Source: Camelus ferus (Eukaryota). Taken from it: a stretch of DNA of 64,000 nucleotides. Each line of letters begins with the position of its first letter. Position 1 is the stretch's first letter. Location of the stretch: contig NC_045709.1 of assembly GCF_009834535.1 (NCBI RefSeq), positions 10,726,001 through 10,790,000 of the forward strand. Direction: 5' to 3'. Of the stretch, positions 27,330 through 39,612 are shown in pieces. The translations under genes were made by a program, and so were the position numbers. The notes under the pieces were generated by a model. It saw only the letters and a list, made by a program, of their open reading frames with translations. It did not search any database and was not told the DNA's origin.

Positions 27330-27590
27330 ACCAGTGAGGACTGAGAAAACTCTGGAAAGTGCGGGCATCCGGTGAAGAAAGCATTCTAGGGAGAATGACC
27401 AGCTGCATCGCTGGTGCTGATAAATCACATGAGGCGAGGACTGACTGCGGCTGTGCATTGGTTGAGCATCACGGAAGTCATTGATCACCTTGGCAAGAGT
27501 GATTTCACTGGAATGCAGGTGGAATGGTTCCACGTAGAGTGGCCACAGATAGAAAATGAGAGTAGAGACTGCTGATCTCTTCCTGATGGC
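27330..27590 (-). mobile_element. L2 fragment
   Basis: ggaagtcattgatcaccttggcaagagtgatttcactggaatg. Confidence 0.6.
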
Positions 27591-27651
27591 AATAAGTAAT
27601 CACAGTTTCTGAAAAATTAGATATAAAAACCAGATATGTAAGCCATGTTTT

Positions 27652-27736
27652 CTTTTTTATGGAGGTACCTGGGATTGAACCCAGGACCTCGTGCATGCTA
27701 AGCATGCACTCTACCAGTGAGCTATAGCCACCCTCC
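27652..27736 (-). mobile_element. Camelid Vic-1-type SINE (tRNA-Ala(AGC)-derived body plus A tail)
   Basis: Minus strand reads ggagggtggctatagctcactggtagagtgcatgcttagcatgcacgaggtcctgggttcaatcccaggtacctcca-taaaaaaga, with A and B boxes. Perfect 12-bp TSD aagccatgtttt at 27640-27651 and 27737-27748. Confidence 0.88.
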
Positions 27737-28387
27737 AAGCCATGTTTTTAATCAGCACAGAACTATGCAAATGTAGAGACTCCCAAATAATACTGATGGT
27801 CACTATTAAGCAAGCACTAAGAGCCAGGTGCTTTGCATTTATATTGTCTTATTTCATCTTCATAATAATCCCTTGAGATTGAATTATTATTCCCATTTAA
27901 CCAATTCATCCAACAGATATTTATTGAAAACATACTATGCACCAAGTACTGTTCTAGCTAAAGGGGATCATAATCAAAAGAGAAAGACACATCTGCTCTA
28001 ATAAAACTCACATTCTGGTGGCAGAGTTCAAATAAGGGATTGTGACACTGAGAAGTTACTTCATTTTTCCAAGTTCAGAAAGCCAGGAAATAGAGGAGCT
28101 GAAATTAAAAAAAAATAAAAACATTATTCTTTCCAGCACATTTTTTGACTTCAAAATAGCAAACAATTAATTGACAATTAAAAAGTTTGTTTAAAAAAAC
28201 AAGCATGACTTTAAACTTTCTAAATGATAAGCAGGATTGCCACAGCAAGCCTCATTCTATATTCACAAATGAAACATTCAGTTGTCCAATATTTGTCAAG
28301 GACTAAGATAAAAATCTCAAATAGCAAGTAATTCTCCTTCAGAAACCCACCAGGAGTTTGTTGCATTTGAACCCCAAAGGTAGTACA

Positions 28388-28440
28388 AACACATACACAC
28401 ACACACGCACTCTCTCTCTCTCTTTCTTCTCTCTCTCTCA
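28388..28440. repeat. Compound (AC)n(TC)n microsatellite
   Basis: acacatacacacacacacgcactctctctctctctttcttctctctctctca. Confidence 0.9.
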
Positions 28441-29454
28441 TACATACATGTGCTTTCACATCTGCCTCTCTGGGAGGGTGGGGGAGACACCCACCTGTGA
28501 TTACATGTCTTTGGGTAAGACAGGGGAGGCAGTGGATTTCTAGAAGAAAGTATATTGAACCACCTTCTAAAGCTGAAAAGCTCTGTTTAGATATTTGTTT
28601 AGTGGCAATAGTTATAAAACCCATGACTCTAGGATTCTCCAGATCTCTCCCCGAAACAGAGCCTCAGAAGTTAGCCACTGAAGACCTGAGCCTTCCCTTC
28701 CAGCAATGGCAGGGGGCCCAGCTTGCTGGACAGGATGGAGAAATAAACAGGCTTGCCCGTGGGGACTGCAAGTCTCTTCATGACACAAAATGACAGGAAA
28801 GTGACAAATGGCCTTTAAATTCAATTTTCATGATTAGAAAAGTCTCAATGCTTCATTTGTTTATTTTTAGTCTTCTGGGTGGATATCTTTCATATAGGCA
28901 TAAATGCCTGATTGGGCCCCTAATCAAGCCTCGGGGTCTGATTCCACCCAGGTATGTTGGACAATAACACACTTTTCTAACTCAATTACCAGGCTTTGGA
29001 TGTACTGCACATCCTGCTGCCTTATGGCTTTTATTTTTCATCTCTGTGAGCTCTGTATACTCAGAGAGATGCTTTCAAAATCATTTATCTTCAGCTCTCC
29101 AGCTGCTGACTCTCAGTGTATGTGTCCGGCCAGAAGACTAATTTCCTATGAACAAATCAAATCTGGGTTCTAAACCTTCTGCTGGCTATACAATACAGCC
29201 ATCCTGATAGAATTTCCAGAGTTTTGTATTTTCTAGAAAGGGGGAAAAGGGACCCTTTATTGTTGACCTACTATGTACCAGATGCTCTAAAAGACACCAT
29301 ATAAACATCAATCGCCATTTGTTATCTTTATTTCATAGAGGAGAAAACACACCTGTGGGAGGTACAGTTAGTAAGAGGCAAAGATAAGATGAGTTTAGAT
29401 TATCAGTTGCTTAAATCAGATGGGCAGTTTACTGATGCCTGGTAAAGCATTACA

Positions 29455-29658
29455 TGCCAGCAATTCCTAGTTATCCCTCAGTAACCATTCTCCTTTCTCT
29501 TGCAATTTTAGCTGAACAAATTGTTTCCCAAAGTCAAGGTTACATCTCTCAGCCTTCCTTGCAACACAGCGTGGTCATGTAACAAAGTTCTGAGGCATGA
29601 GAAGTAAATGGAAGTGATGTGAGCTTCTTCTAGGTTGCTCTATTAAAAGAAAAGGGCT
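29455..29658 (+). mobile_element. MLT1I/J-type LTR fragment, cut off by the inverted L1
   Basis: cagccttccttgcaacacagcgtggtcatgtaacaaagttctg...gaagtgatgtg. Confidence 0.6.
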
Positions 29659-29659
29659 T

Positions 29660-30388
29660 TTCTTTGGTCTATATGTCTGCCTTTATTCCAGTACCATACT
29701 GTTTTGATTGCTGTAGCTTCATAATATATTTTGAAATAGGGACGTGTGATGCCTCCAGGTTTGTTCTTTTTTCTTAGGATTGATTTGACTACTCATGGTC
29801 TTTTGTGGTTTCATATGAATTGTAGAATTCTTTTTTATTTCTGTAAAAAAAAAAAAGTCTTTGGAATTTTTACAGGGATTGCATTGACTCTGTAGATAGC
29901 TTTGGGTAGTATGGACATTTTAACAATACTAAGTTTTCCAATCCATGAATACAAGATAGCGTTCCATTTGTTGCTGTCTTTAATTTTTCACCAATGTTTT
30001 GCAGTTTTCAGTATATAATTTTTTCACCTCCTTGGTNNNNNNNNNNNNNNNNNNNNNNNNNNNNNNNNNNNNNNNNNNNNNNNNNNNNNNNNNNNNNNNN
30101 NNNNNNNNNNNNNNNNNNNNNNNNNNNNNNNNNNNNNNNNNNNNNNNNNNNNNNNNNNNNNNNNNNNNNNNNNNNNNNNNCCACATATAACAGAATTAAG
30201 TTGGACCCATATCTTATACCATACACAAGAATCAACTTAAAGTGGTTTAAAGACTTAAATGTGAGACCTGAAACCGTAAAATTCCTAGAAGAAAACATGG
30301 GGTTGGTGGTAAGTTTTATATTATTGGTCTTGGCAATAATTTCATCGATATGATGCCAAAAGTACAGGCAACAAAAACAAAGGTAAAC
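29660..30388. mobile_element. L1 ORF2 fragment with a 5' inversion (29660-30036 antisense, 30181-30388 sense), interrupted by N gaps
   Basis: Minus piece encodes [17 protein letters not shown] and downstream ORF2 sequence; plus piece encodes [35 protein letters not shown]. Confidence 0.85.
30037..30180. other. Assembly gap (144 N)
   Basis: N run at the L1 inversion junction. Confidence 1.
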
Positions 30389-30585
30389 NNNNNNNNNNNN
30401 NNNNNNNNNNNNNNNNNNNNNNNNNNNNNNNNNNNNNNNNNNNNNNNNNNNNNNNNNNNNNNNNNNNNNNNNNNNNNNNNNNNNNNNNNNNNNNNNNNNN
30501 NNNNNNNNNNNNNNNNNNNNNNNNNNNNNNNNNNNNNNNNNNNNNNNNNNNNNNNNNNNNNNNNNNNNNNNNNNNNNNNNNNNNN
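30389..30585. other. Assembly gap (197 N)
   Basis: N run covering the L1 3' end. Confidence 1.
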
Positions 30586-31529
30586 CCCATCACTAGTCCA
30601 TATCTCTTTTCTGCTCTTATCCTGAATTTTGACCAGAGTCCACCCCTTAGCACCCCCAAGATTCTAGAACTCCCACAAAATGATACTCACTTGCCTTGAC
30701 TTCTTAATTAAATTCCAGGTGATAGGCTGAGTAATGTGATTTCCTCCAGTTCACTGCTGGCTCCCTTGCTGAACAGCAGATAATGAAAGGGTAGTCAAAG
30801 GGACTGAAGCACCTTCACTGCTCATTGAAAAAGAGACAAAACATTTAGGAAAAATGCCTCTGATCTAAGGAGTCTATTTTACCATCTCTTTGTCCTGACC
30901 ACTTCTTGGTGATGTAGTCAAAACTCCCCAGAATTCCTAGGTAGAAATGTGTGTCTTTGGGGGGAAAGTCAGGTTTCTGATGCAGCCTTTGATTTACTGA
31001 GTTCCTACACCTGGCCAAACAGCACACAGACCGCAGATCCAATCCAAAGACCACCTACAGTTTCATTCAAATGCAACGGACCCACCTCCGGAATAACATA
31101 ATAAGACACACATCAGCATCCTGAAATCAAACAGCTATGTGTTGTGTCTGAAGGTGAGTTGCCTTCTCCATCACTTCTCCAAATGTTCCCTTCACAAGCT
31201 GTGAACTTCAGCCCCTAGAACTGAATTCCCATGCCTTGAATGATGCTGGGCTTTCAAAATTCCTTGCACTCTCTGCTTCCACAAGGCCAGCCATCTGTCT
31301 TGGCTGATAAATTCTGCATTCACAAGGGATACATTAAGCTTGAGGCATTCCATTTCCAGGGACATATGCTACATTCTTTCTTTGTCTTTTGTATAAATTT
31401 TCCTAGATAAATAAAGCGGACATTTAATTCTAGCTCCATCTGGAAGGTCAGGTAACTCTACCCTCACTGAGCTCACTTCTTCTCTTCATACCCAGGAAGG
31501 TCCTTGGCCCCAGAAGTCAGTGTGGCTCG

Positions 31530-31990
31530 GTGGGGAAAAAAAAAATGGGTTTTGGAGCCCGCACACCTGGGGTTGAATCCCAGTTCTCCAAACTAGCTGT
31601 GTGACTTTGGGCAAATTATTAATCTTTCCTGAACCTTTGTTTCACCATCTGTAAAATGGGGGTGGGGGGGAGCTGGTTAACACCAATTTGCCAAATTAGT
31701 AACAATGCATATATAATATCTCATACTTGATATTAATTCAGTAAATAGATGCTGGTATTATTTATCCTGACAAAATACAGAAGTAGTTAAAAACTTGAGA
31801 CAGACCTAGTTTAGTATTCACATCAGTACTATGATTTTGGAAAACGTGTTTAACTCAGTTTGTTTCTCTGTCTAGAAAGTATTAGTGAAAACGAATGTAC
31901 TTCTTGTTGAGAGAATTAGAGGTGATTTTTGTAAAACACTTAGCACTTAGAATGCGCTTAATATATGGTAACTTATTATCCTTAATGTTG
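31530..31990 (+). mobile_element. Two tandem MIR relics
   Basis: ggggttgaatcccagttctccaaactagctgtgtgactttgggcaaattattaatct...tgtaaaatgggg. Confidence 0.65.
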
Positions 31991-32544
31991 CTGTTATTAT
32001 TTTTATCAGGTACCTTCCCAAACACTGGCTCAGAATGCTCCTTCTCTCAGTAGAATGATCTACCAAGTCAGTTGGAAAGATGACTCCATGCCCTGGAGCC
32101 GATGTTTCCATTTTGCCCACCCTGCACCTGACCCCTGGGTGTTTCCACTTCCTGATGTTTTAATTCAGCAAGGACTTCTGTAGCCTCTCTGAAAAAAGTC
32201 TCGATTACCACACTGTCTTCAGAGTGACCAAGAAAGCTGGCAGCCATGGTGATTCTCTGTTCATGGGTGGGAGAGGGGCCCACGGGAACTTTGAGCCTGA
32301 GGCTACGGAGGCTTATAAGGCTGAAAGCCCAGAAAAAATTCAATGCTATCTACTTTTAAGGGAACCAGAAAAGTTTATTATTGTTACTCAGGCAATAAGA
32401 TTGCCTGACAAATGGGTTAGCAAGAGGGTGTTCTGAGTAATAGTGAATCAAAAGAGGAATCGTGAAAGGTCCAGCCAGTGGCTCTCATACCACCTGTGAA
32501 ATGTGTGACAGGTGCCTGAGACTCCCACAAGAGATGTTCATTCA

Positions 32545-32915
32545 GAAACACTCCCTCCAACGTCACCAGTGACCTTCTTATCACTAAATCTAAGGGACAT
32601 TTTTCCATACTTGACTGAACTCTCAGCAAAATTTGACACTCGTTGGGAAAACTCTCTCCACTGGGCTTCCATGGCACCGTGCTCTCTGGTTCCTTTCTTC
32701 CTCTCTGGCCAAGTCTCTCAGTCTCCTTTGCCATCTCCTCCCACACTGCTCATCCTTTAAGTGTTGATGTTCCTTGAAGCTCACTTCTCTTCTCTTCTTA
32801 CTCCACAGACTCTCTGAACACTGCAATATCTTCAATTACTATATGCATGCCAAGGGCTTCCACAGATATATCTTCAGTTTTAGTCCTGTCCTCTGAACTC
32901 CTGGCATACAGTAAT
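32545..32915 (+). mobile_element. L2 ORF2 (RT region) relic
   Basis: tcaccagtgaccttcttatcactaaatc...tctcagcaaaatttgacac...ctgggcttccatggcacc. Confidence 0.68.
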
Positions 32916-33075
32916 TGATTCATAAATGCCCATCAAAATTAATAAATGAATAAATTATCAACATGGCCAAAATGTAGAATTGCTTTCACTTTGTACTTTT
33001 GATGAATAACTTCTTGATGACATGGAAATCATCTTTATCTCATAATCAGTGTCTCAAATTCATTCCCTTTCTGCA

Positions 33076-33280
33076 GCTTTATTGAGATGTAACTGACATA
33101 CAAATTTGTGTAAGTTTAAGGTGTACAACGTGATGATATGATACATGTATACATTTCAAAATATTTCCCACAGTAATGTTAGCTCACACATTCTTTACCT
33201 CATAAATTACCATTTTGTTGTTGTGGTGGTGAGAATAGGAAAGCTCTACTCTCATAACAACTTTCAAAGATACAAATAAT
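33076..33280 (-). mobile_element. L1MA 3' end
   Basis: ctttattgagatgtaactgacatac...aaggtgtacaacgtgatgatatgatac. Confidence 0.7.
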
Positions 33281-33671
33281 TGACTCTTTATATATTCAGT
33301 AAATCCCACACAGGTTGGAAATTTGGGATAAACTTTAATACAAAGGTTTCTCTTGGAAGATCTGTCTTCATATTGACTTGTGAATTAGTCACCTCACATG
33401 TTGTTTATCCTGCAATCTTATTGTAATTTACAGAGCAAAAGTGTTCAGTGAAGATTTATTTGTTGTGCATTTTATTTATTCCTTACTTTCCCTAGAAGAG
33501 GCCAAAACTGAAATCTAAGGTGTTTCCATTTGATATAATCTGATGTAATTCTGTATGGATTGATCCCACATAACAATATCTCTAAACTTTTACATTTTTG
33601 CTTTGGATTATTAAGTCTTTTGACTATATTCTTTGTAGAAATTTAAAATATCACAAATGATGTTTTAAATA

Positions 33672-33772
33672 TATTTTTATTGAAGTATAGTCAGTTTACA
33701 ATGTTGTGTCAATTGCTGGTGTACAACACAATGCTTCAGTCATATAGGAACATACATATATTTGTTTTGATT
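33672..33772 (-). mobile_element. Short L1 3' terminus of camelid/Cetartiodactyla type
   Basis: tttttattgaagtatagtcagtttacaatgttgtgtcaattgctggtgtacaac. Confidence 0.7.
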
Positions 33773-34614
33773 CACAAGTGATTTTTGTAGGAAGAGGAAA
33801 GTGTATAGTTTTGATGAGCCTAGTAACTGAAATCAAGCAATTAGAAACTGTCAAAATTGCCCAGAAATTGTATAGAAAACAATATCTACATAATCAATGT
33901 TTTTGAATGAATATTTAAATACAAAATGCATTTGTTTTATTATGTATCTTACTCTGCTCCTTAATTCATCTCATTTCTTCCAGCAATAATATTCTCTTGG
34001 TGCTTTGTAGAGAGTAATTCAGAAAAAGATATCTTTTCTTTAATAATGTTGAACTGTAAAGATCTCCCCAAGAACTACCTCCAATCCACAATCACTCCTA
34101 TTGCTACATATTTTTATCTGTATTAGGAGAAGCATAATTCCAAAATAAGATATAGAAAATTTAGACTGACTGGTAAAATAGGAATGAACCCAAAGTATTT
34201 CAGATTTCTACTTTCTCCCTTTACTCTCAGTGCAGATGTTTGGACTGGCATCAGAAGGAGGAGACTGTATAGATTCCTTCTTTATTTTTTTCTAAAATAG
34301 AGACTGCCCTAGGTTAGTAGGATCAAAATTTTACAGAAATTACTGAGATGTGTAAGAAAACATAGCTTCTCTCTCTTATATAATTTGTTTATCTATCTCC
34401 TGAGCCCTAATGAATGGAGAAGTATGGGTGAAAATGAGCTTCATGAGAGACATAGGGACTTAAACCTGCCTTGGAAGTGATGTGCTCTCATCTGTTTTAA
34501 ATAAGTCTCTTTCAATATTTTGATCGCCTTTGAAGTAGATCAGTTTCTTCCTATGTGTCTTTTCCAAATGACATCTTGCTGCAGTTTGCTTTTACTTGAT
34601 AGGGCCAACAAAAT

Positions 34615-36545
34615 ACTTCAGCTCAGAAATGAGGTAATAGGACTCAGGAAAGAAAGAAAAATAAAATAAAAGTTCATTTCTGAAATCAAGACTGAAATAG
34701 AAGGAACACAAAGCAAATAAACACAACAAAAATGATGGATTAAGAGAAACAAGGTGAAAAAGAGGAAATATTTTTTAATTAAAAACAAATGTAGAGATAA
34801 AAAGAACTCAAGAACATGTGACACATATTGAAATGGACAAAGATGATTCTTTATATCGTTGCAGGAACCCCAAAAGAAGAAACCTAAAACAAGCAAACAG
34901 AATAAACACTTAAAAATTTAATTCAAGGAAACTTTCCTGAAATTAAGAAAAAAAGTTTTTTGAAAGTACCTATTGTAAGAGTATATCCTATAGCTGAGAA
35001 TGAGGACCCAGAATGATCACCACTAAGTCATATTCTAGTAAATTAGTAGGCTTTAAAGAAAAAGGAAAAATCCTACAGTCACCTAAGCAAAGCCAGTAAG
35101 CAATACTTAAGGGAAATAAAAGTATATTGTCATTAGAATTTTGAACATCAATGCTTGCGGCAGAAGAAAGGGGAGTAACATTTTAGATACTCAAGGAAAA
35201 CCGTGAAGCAATAATTACATAACCAGCTAAACTGACTTTCTAATATAAAGGCAACAGACAAACTGACATGGCAAAACTTGGGTAACATTGTTTGCATGTG
35301 CCTTTACTGCAAAATATGTGGAAAAATGAACTTCAAGTGATCAGAGAAATATCAAAATAAGGAGAGGTGAATATTAAATACACATCTACTTGTGGAACTA
35401 AATTAGGAATAAAAGGGAGAGAGAATAGCGTACATTATCTATATTTTCAGATATTGTAGACATGATACAATTGCAAAAAAAGTATAGAAGAATGGTGAGC
35501 ACATACACAAAAGAAAATTAAACTGGTGATGGAAGTATTACTTAGACTGTTATGTGTATAATGCGGGAAAAAGAAAATAAGTACTTATGAAATTTTTTAA
35601 TTCTATCATTCCTCAGGTCCTTGAGAAGCAAGATTCGTGGATTCTTAGTGTGGAAAAATGAGAATTAGAAGTAATATAAAATATTTTTAATACTTTTTAG
35701 ATTTGAATTTGAATTAAAAATCAATATGAACTCATGTCTCACCACAAGAAAAAAATGTTTATGACTATGTATGGTGATGGATGTTAACTAGACTTACTGT
35801 GATCATTCTGCAATATATACAAGTATCAAATCTTACTGTACACCTGACACTGTTATAATGTTACATGTCAAATATGCTGCAAGAAATAAATGATCAAATA
35901 GAAACAGGTAATTTTTAAAGTCAGTATGAACTCATGTGATTATGTAGCATATAGTATACAGAGCTTCGTATTGATTCTGCCTACTAAAAGTCTAGAAAGA
36001 AGTAACACCCAGAGTATGGTCATAAATACCCTTGCTGCCAAAACAGCCTAAAATTTATTGGGGAAAATGACTGATTCCAGGTCTAGAGTAGGAAACAGAA
36101 AAGATGAGTCTGGAATACCAGATAACAAGGAAGCTCCCAAAGGCTACCTGGGTCATGTCAGAAATACTCAGAAACCAACTTGAAGAGGCTCTCAGCAGCC
36201 AAAGAGGAACAGTCTGAGATTCAAAAGGATAATTACAATTGACTAAGTCCATTATATCAATGGGTTCGTAACGGTGTTTTAAAAATCTAATTGTTCACCT
36301 TCAAAGAATGATAGGAAACCAACTTATCATTTAAAAATCAAGTAAAGGGAAAGAGAAAAATTTTCATCCTGCCTTTCTGCATGAACTGTGTCACTAAATC
36401 ACTAAATCATAGGTGAGTGAAATGTCTCTTTATAAAGAGTTCTACAATAAATACATCACAAGAAAGGATAAAACAAAAATATCAACTGCTTCCAAATCTT
36501 AGTGAATTAATGGATCTAGGCATTGAGCCTCCTCAGCTGCTGACA
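34615..36545 (+). mobile_element. Degraded L1MC-like element (ORF1 relic plus L1MC-type 3'UTR)
   Basis: ORF1-like ttaattcaaggaaactttcctgaaattaag and catattctagtaaaatt; L1MC-like 3'UTR ttgaagaggctctcagcagccaaagaggaacagtctgag and ttaatggatctaggcattgagc. Confidence 0.65.
35738..35916 (+). mobile_element. Short L1MA-type 3' tip inserted in the L1MC relic
   Basis: tatggtgatggatgttaactagacttactgtgatcatt...gtacacctgacac; flanked by ~21-bp near-identical direct repeats at 35717-35737 and 35917-35937. Confidence 0.7.
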
Positions 36546-36589
36546 TGGCAAAAAGAAATGACCAGACAGAACACAGCACCACCCCAAAA

Positions 36590-36880
36590 GTACAAACTTC
36601 CACTTACAAGATGAATAATTTTCGAGGATCTAATGTACAGCATAGTGATTATAGTTAATAATACTGTATCATACACTTCAAAGTTGCTAAGAGGGTAGAT
36701 CTTAAATGTTCTTAACCACAAAAAAGAAATGGTAATTATTTGATGTGATGTAGGCATTTGACCAAGGTTATGGTGCTAATCATTTTGCCATAATTAAGTG
36801 TATCAAATCAACACATTGTACACCTTAAATGTACACAGTGATGTATGTCAATTATATTTCAGCTAGCTGGGGGGAAAAGA
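36590..36880 (+). mobile_element. L1MA/L1MB 3' end
   Basis: gatctaatgtacagcatagtgattatagttaataatactgtat...gttgctaagagggtagatcttaaatgttct. Confidence 0.75.
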
Positions 36881-38938
36881 ACACAGCACCACCCATAATC
36901 CTGCTGAGAGAACTAAACATGTGTCTGATCAAGACTTTGGATCCAACCACCAATTTGCAGAAAATACAAAGGACAAAGGAACATGTTGAAGTGAGTCAAT
37001 ATCCAGTACTTTTCCCTTTCTAGCACTCGCTTTCCTCCCTCCCTCCAGCCCCCAGGTTAAACATGAGTCTGATCACGTTTATACATGATCTATAAAACTA
37101 TAAGAGCCACAAGAGTGCAGGAAACCTGGGCATGGGGCTCCCTCAACAGTGAGACGACCCCATGTCTGCACTGATCCGCTTGCAGCTGCCAGGTGCGCCA
37201 TTCCCTGGGGAAAAGTGGGCGTGGGAGGGAGTAGGTGCTTTTTCTGGTTTTGGCCTCTTGCTTACACCATCACAGCCGGTGATGAAAGGCTTCACTCTCA
37301 GTTTCATTTTGGCTTGTTGCTTTCATCAACTACTCTAAAACCTGACAGCTCAGCTCTCTAGCGCTCAGCTGATTTCCTGACAAAACACACAATCATGATA
37401 ATCATGCTTTAAAGATATTTGGGGTTAATTTTAGATCCAAGATCACGCATCACTATGAAATATGTCTTCACTTAATAATAAATGCTTTCATGCTTGTTAA
37501 ATCTCCTAAGAAGTCCCACTGCCGCCAGATAACTTTATTTTCTAATACAGGTTACTCTAGCCTTGATAGCTTGTCTGAAGTCCACTAGCAAGAGATATAA
37601 ATCTTACTATGCACACATGGACACATATGTTAACTTGAGACTCTTCTGTTGTTTACATGTCTCATCCATTAAATTTCCCTGAGTCCCTTCCAGATACTTC
37701 TCTTCTTGTCCTTGACAGCACCCCCGGGGGTCCCATCTCACCTACCATTCAAGCTAGACCTGGAATGGAGGGGAAATACATTATCAATCTGCCTATCACC
37801 TCTTTCTTCAGGGGAAACGTCCTTCTTGCACTCAAGGTTGTTAAGGTGGAAACAATGCTGACCATACTTCAGTCACAGAGATGGACATGTGACCCAAGCG
37901 AGGCCAGTAGAGGGCTTCACTGTGGCCACAATGATGTTTCAAAGATGGGTGGAATCACAACCTTCCCAAGGGTGTTTCTGCCATGGAAATGGGGAAAGGT
38001 TCTTTTTCTTCCACAGGGATCCTGAGTCCTAAAGTCTATTAAGTTCAAATTGCTCTGAGACACCTTCCTTGACTGGAAAAAACTGTCTGCAATAGGAATG
38101 AATAAGGCAAACACTCAAAAGGAAACAGAAGAAGATACAGACTAAAAATAAAATTTTACAGAATTTATACAGAATAAAAATTGATTTCTATGGGTCCAAT
38201 TGTACCCAAAGTGTACCTCAATTTTATAGTTGCATGTATCAGTTAAGTTCATTCTCCTTTGTTTTAAATCGGTGTGAGTTTAGTTTGTCACTTGCAAACA
38301 CAAAAATTCTGATTAATACATACAGTACATCACAGTTGTGTGTTTAACATAATGCTTTCCTGGATAATTGTGTTAATGAGAAAAGATCTGAAATTAAAAC
38401 TGTAAAGTGAAGATAACAGCATTCAATTAATTTGGTCACATATTCATTTATTCAACTGTCATTATGGAGGGTAAGATTTGAGAGGGAGGATAAGAAATTC
38501 TTTATAGCATGAAGCTCTGGTATCTGGATCGCAAAATTCTAATCCCTATAAGATGAATGTAATATGGCTCTTTCTGCTTGAGAAACGAGTGGTTTCTGAC
38601 TAATTTGGAATTTGTGCCTTATTGTGTGCTCTGAATCAGTACTTCTATGATGGGAAAATATTAATTCTCATCAGAACTCATTTGAATTCTGACAATAGTT
38701 GTGATTTGTATTTGCATCTAATTACGTTTTACTAAAAGGGGCAAAATTGGACGTAGCAGAGACTGAATCCTGTTGAGTCCCAAAGAGATACAAGAGTCTA
38801 CAAAAATTGGAGGAAGAGTCCAGTGAAGTCGGAAGAGAGCAGGTGATTGAGGACCATCACATTTTCACCACCTGAATGTAGCTCAAGATGTGACACTCAG
38901 GCTGGATGTCAGCATTTCTTGGCCCTGGGCTCCTAATG

Positions 38939-38941
<3 letters not shown>

Positions 38942-38983
<42 letters not shown>
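38942..38983. repeat. (AC)21 perfect microsatellite
   Basis: Directly visible dinucleotide run. Confidence 0.95.
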
Positions 38984-38986
<3 letters not shown>

Positions 38987-39439
38987 TTCAAACACAACAT
39001 TCACACACATACACACCCAGGTTCTCTCTCTCTCTCCTTAAATACCTAGAAGTTACTGGCCACATTTATTATCCAAACAATTAAAAATATGATCAGTGAA
39101 GCTACAAATATGTTCGTGTGTCTGTAGGTCCTCTGTGATCCACTCCAGCCTTCAACACCTATACAACAAATGGTGTACAATTTATTAAACACATACCACC
39201 CCACCCCAAATTTTTGTTGACTGCTTTAGATATTTTATAGAAACATCTACAATATTGTTTTCCACATGCTTCTGGGGGAAAATGGTTTGATTTGAAGAAG
39301 CTCATGACTGTGCCGATTCCTCTGTTTCTTGCATTAATTAGGTTCCAATAAGTTTTTCAATAGATTTGGTTCTGGAAGCTTGCTGCCTATCAGTATTTCC
39401 TGGGGAGACTTCTTGGGAGTCCAAGTGTGGAAACCTCTG

Positions 39440-39612
39440 CTCTACAGCCTTCTCACCTACAGTGTGGTCTGAGGACAAGCAGCACTGGCATCACCTGGGA
39501 GCTTTTGAGCAATGCAGACTCTCCTGCTCCACTGCAGACATAATGACTCAAACTCTGCAGCAAAGATCCTTACATGATTCAATGCACAGTAGTATCTCAG
39601 AAGCATCTACAG
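39440..39612. mobile_element. MER5A-like DNA transposon
   Basis: agtgtggtctgaggacaagcagcactggcatcacctgggagcttttgagcaatgcaga. Confidence 0.7.

Noticed and set aside
27652-27736. Functional tRNA-Ala(AGC) gene
   Set aside because: The acceptor stem is mispaired, there is a 5' extension, and an A tail and TSD are present; it is a SINE.
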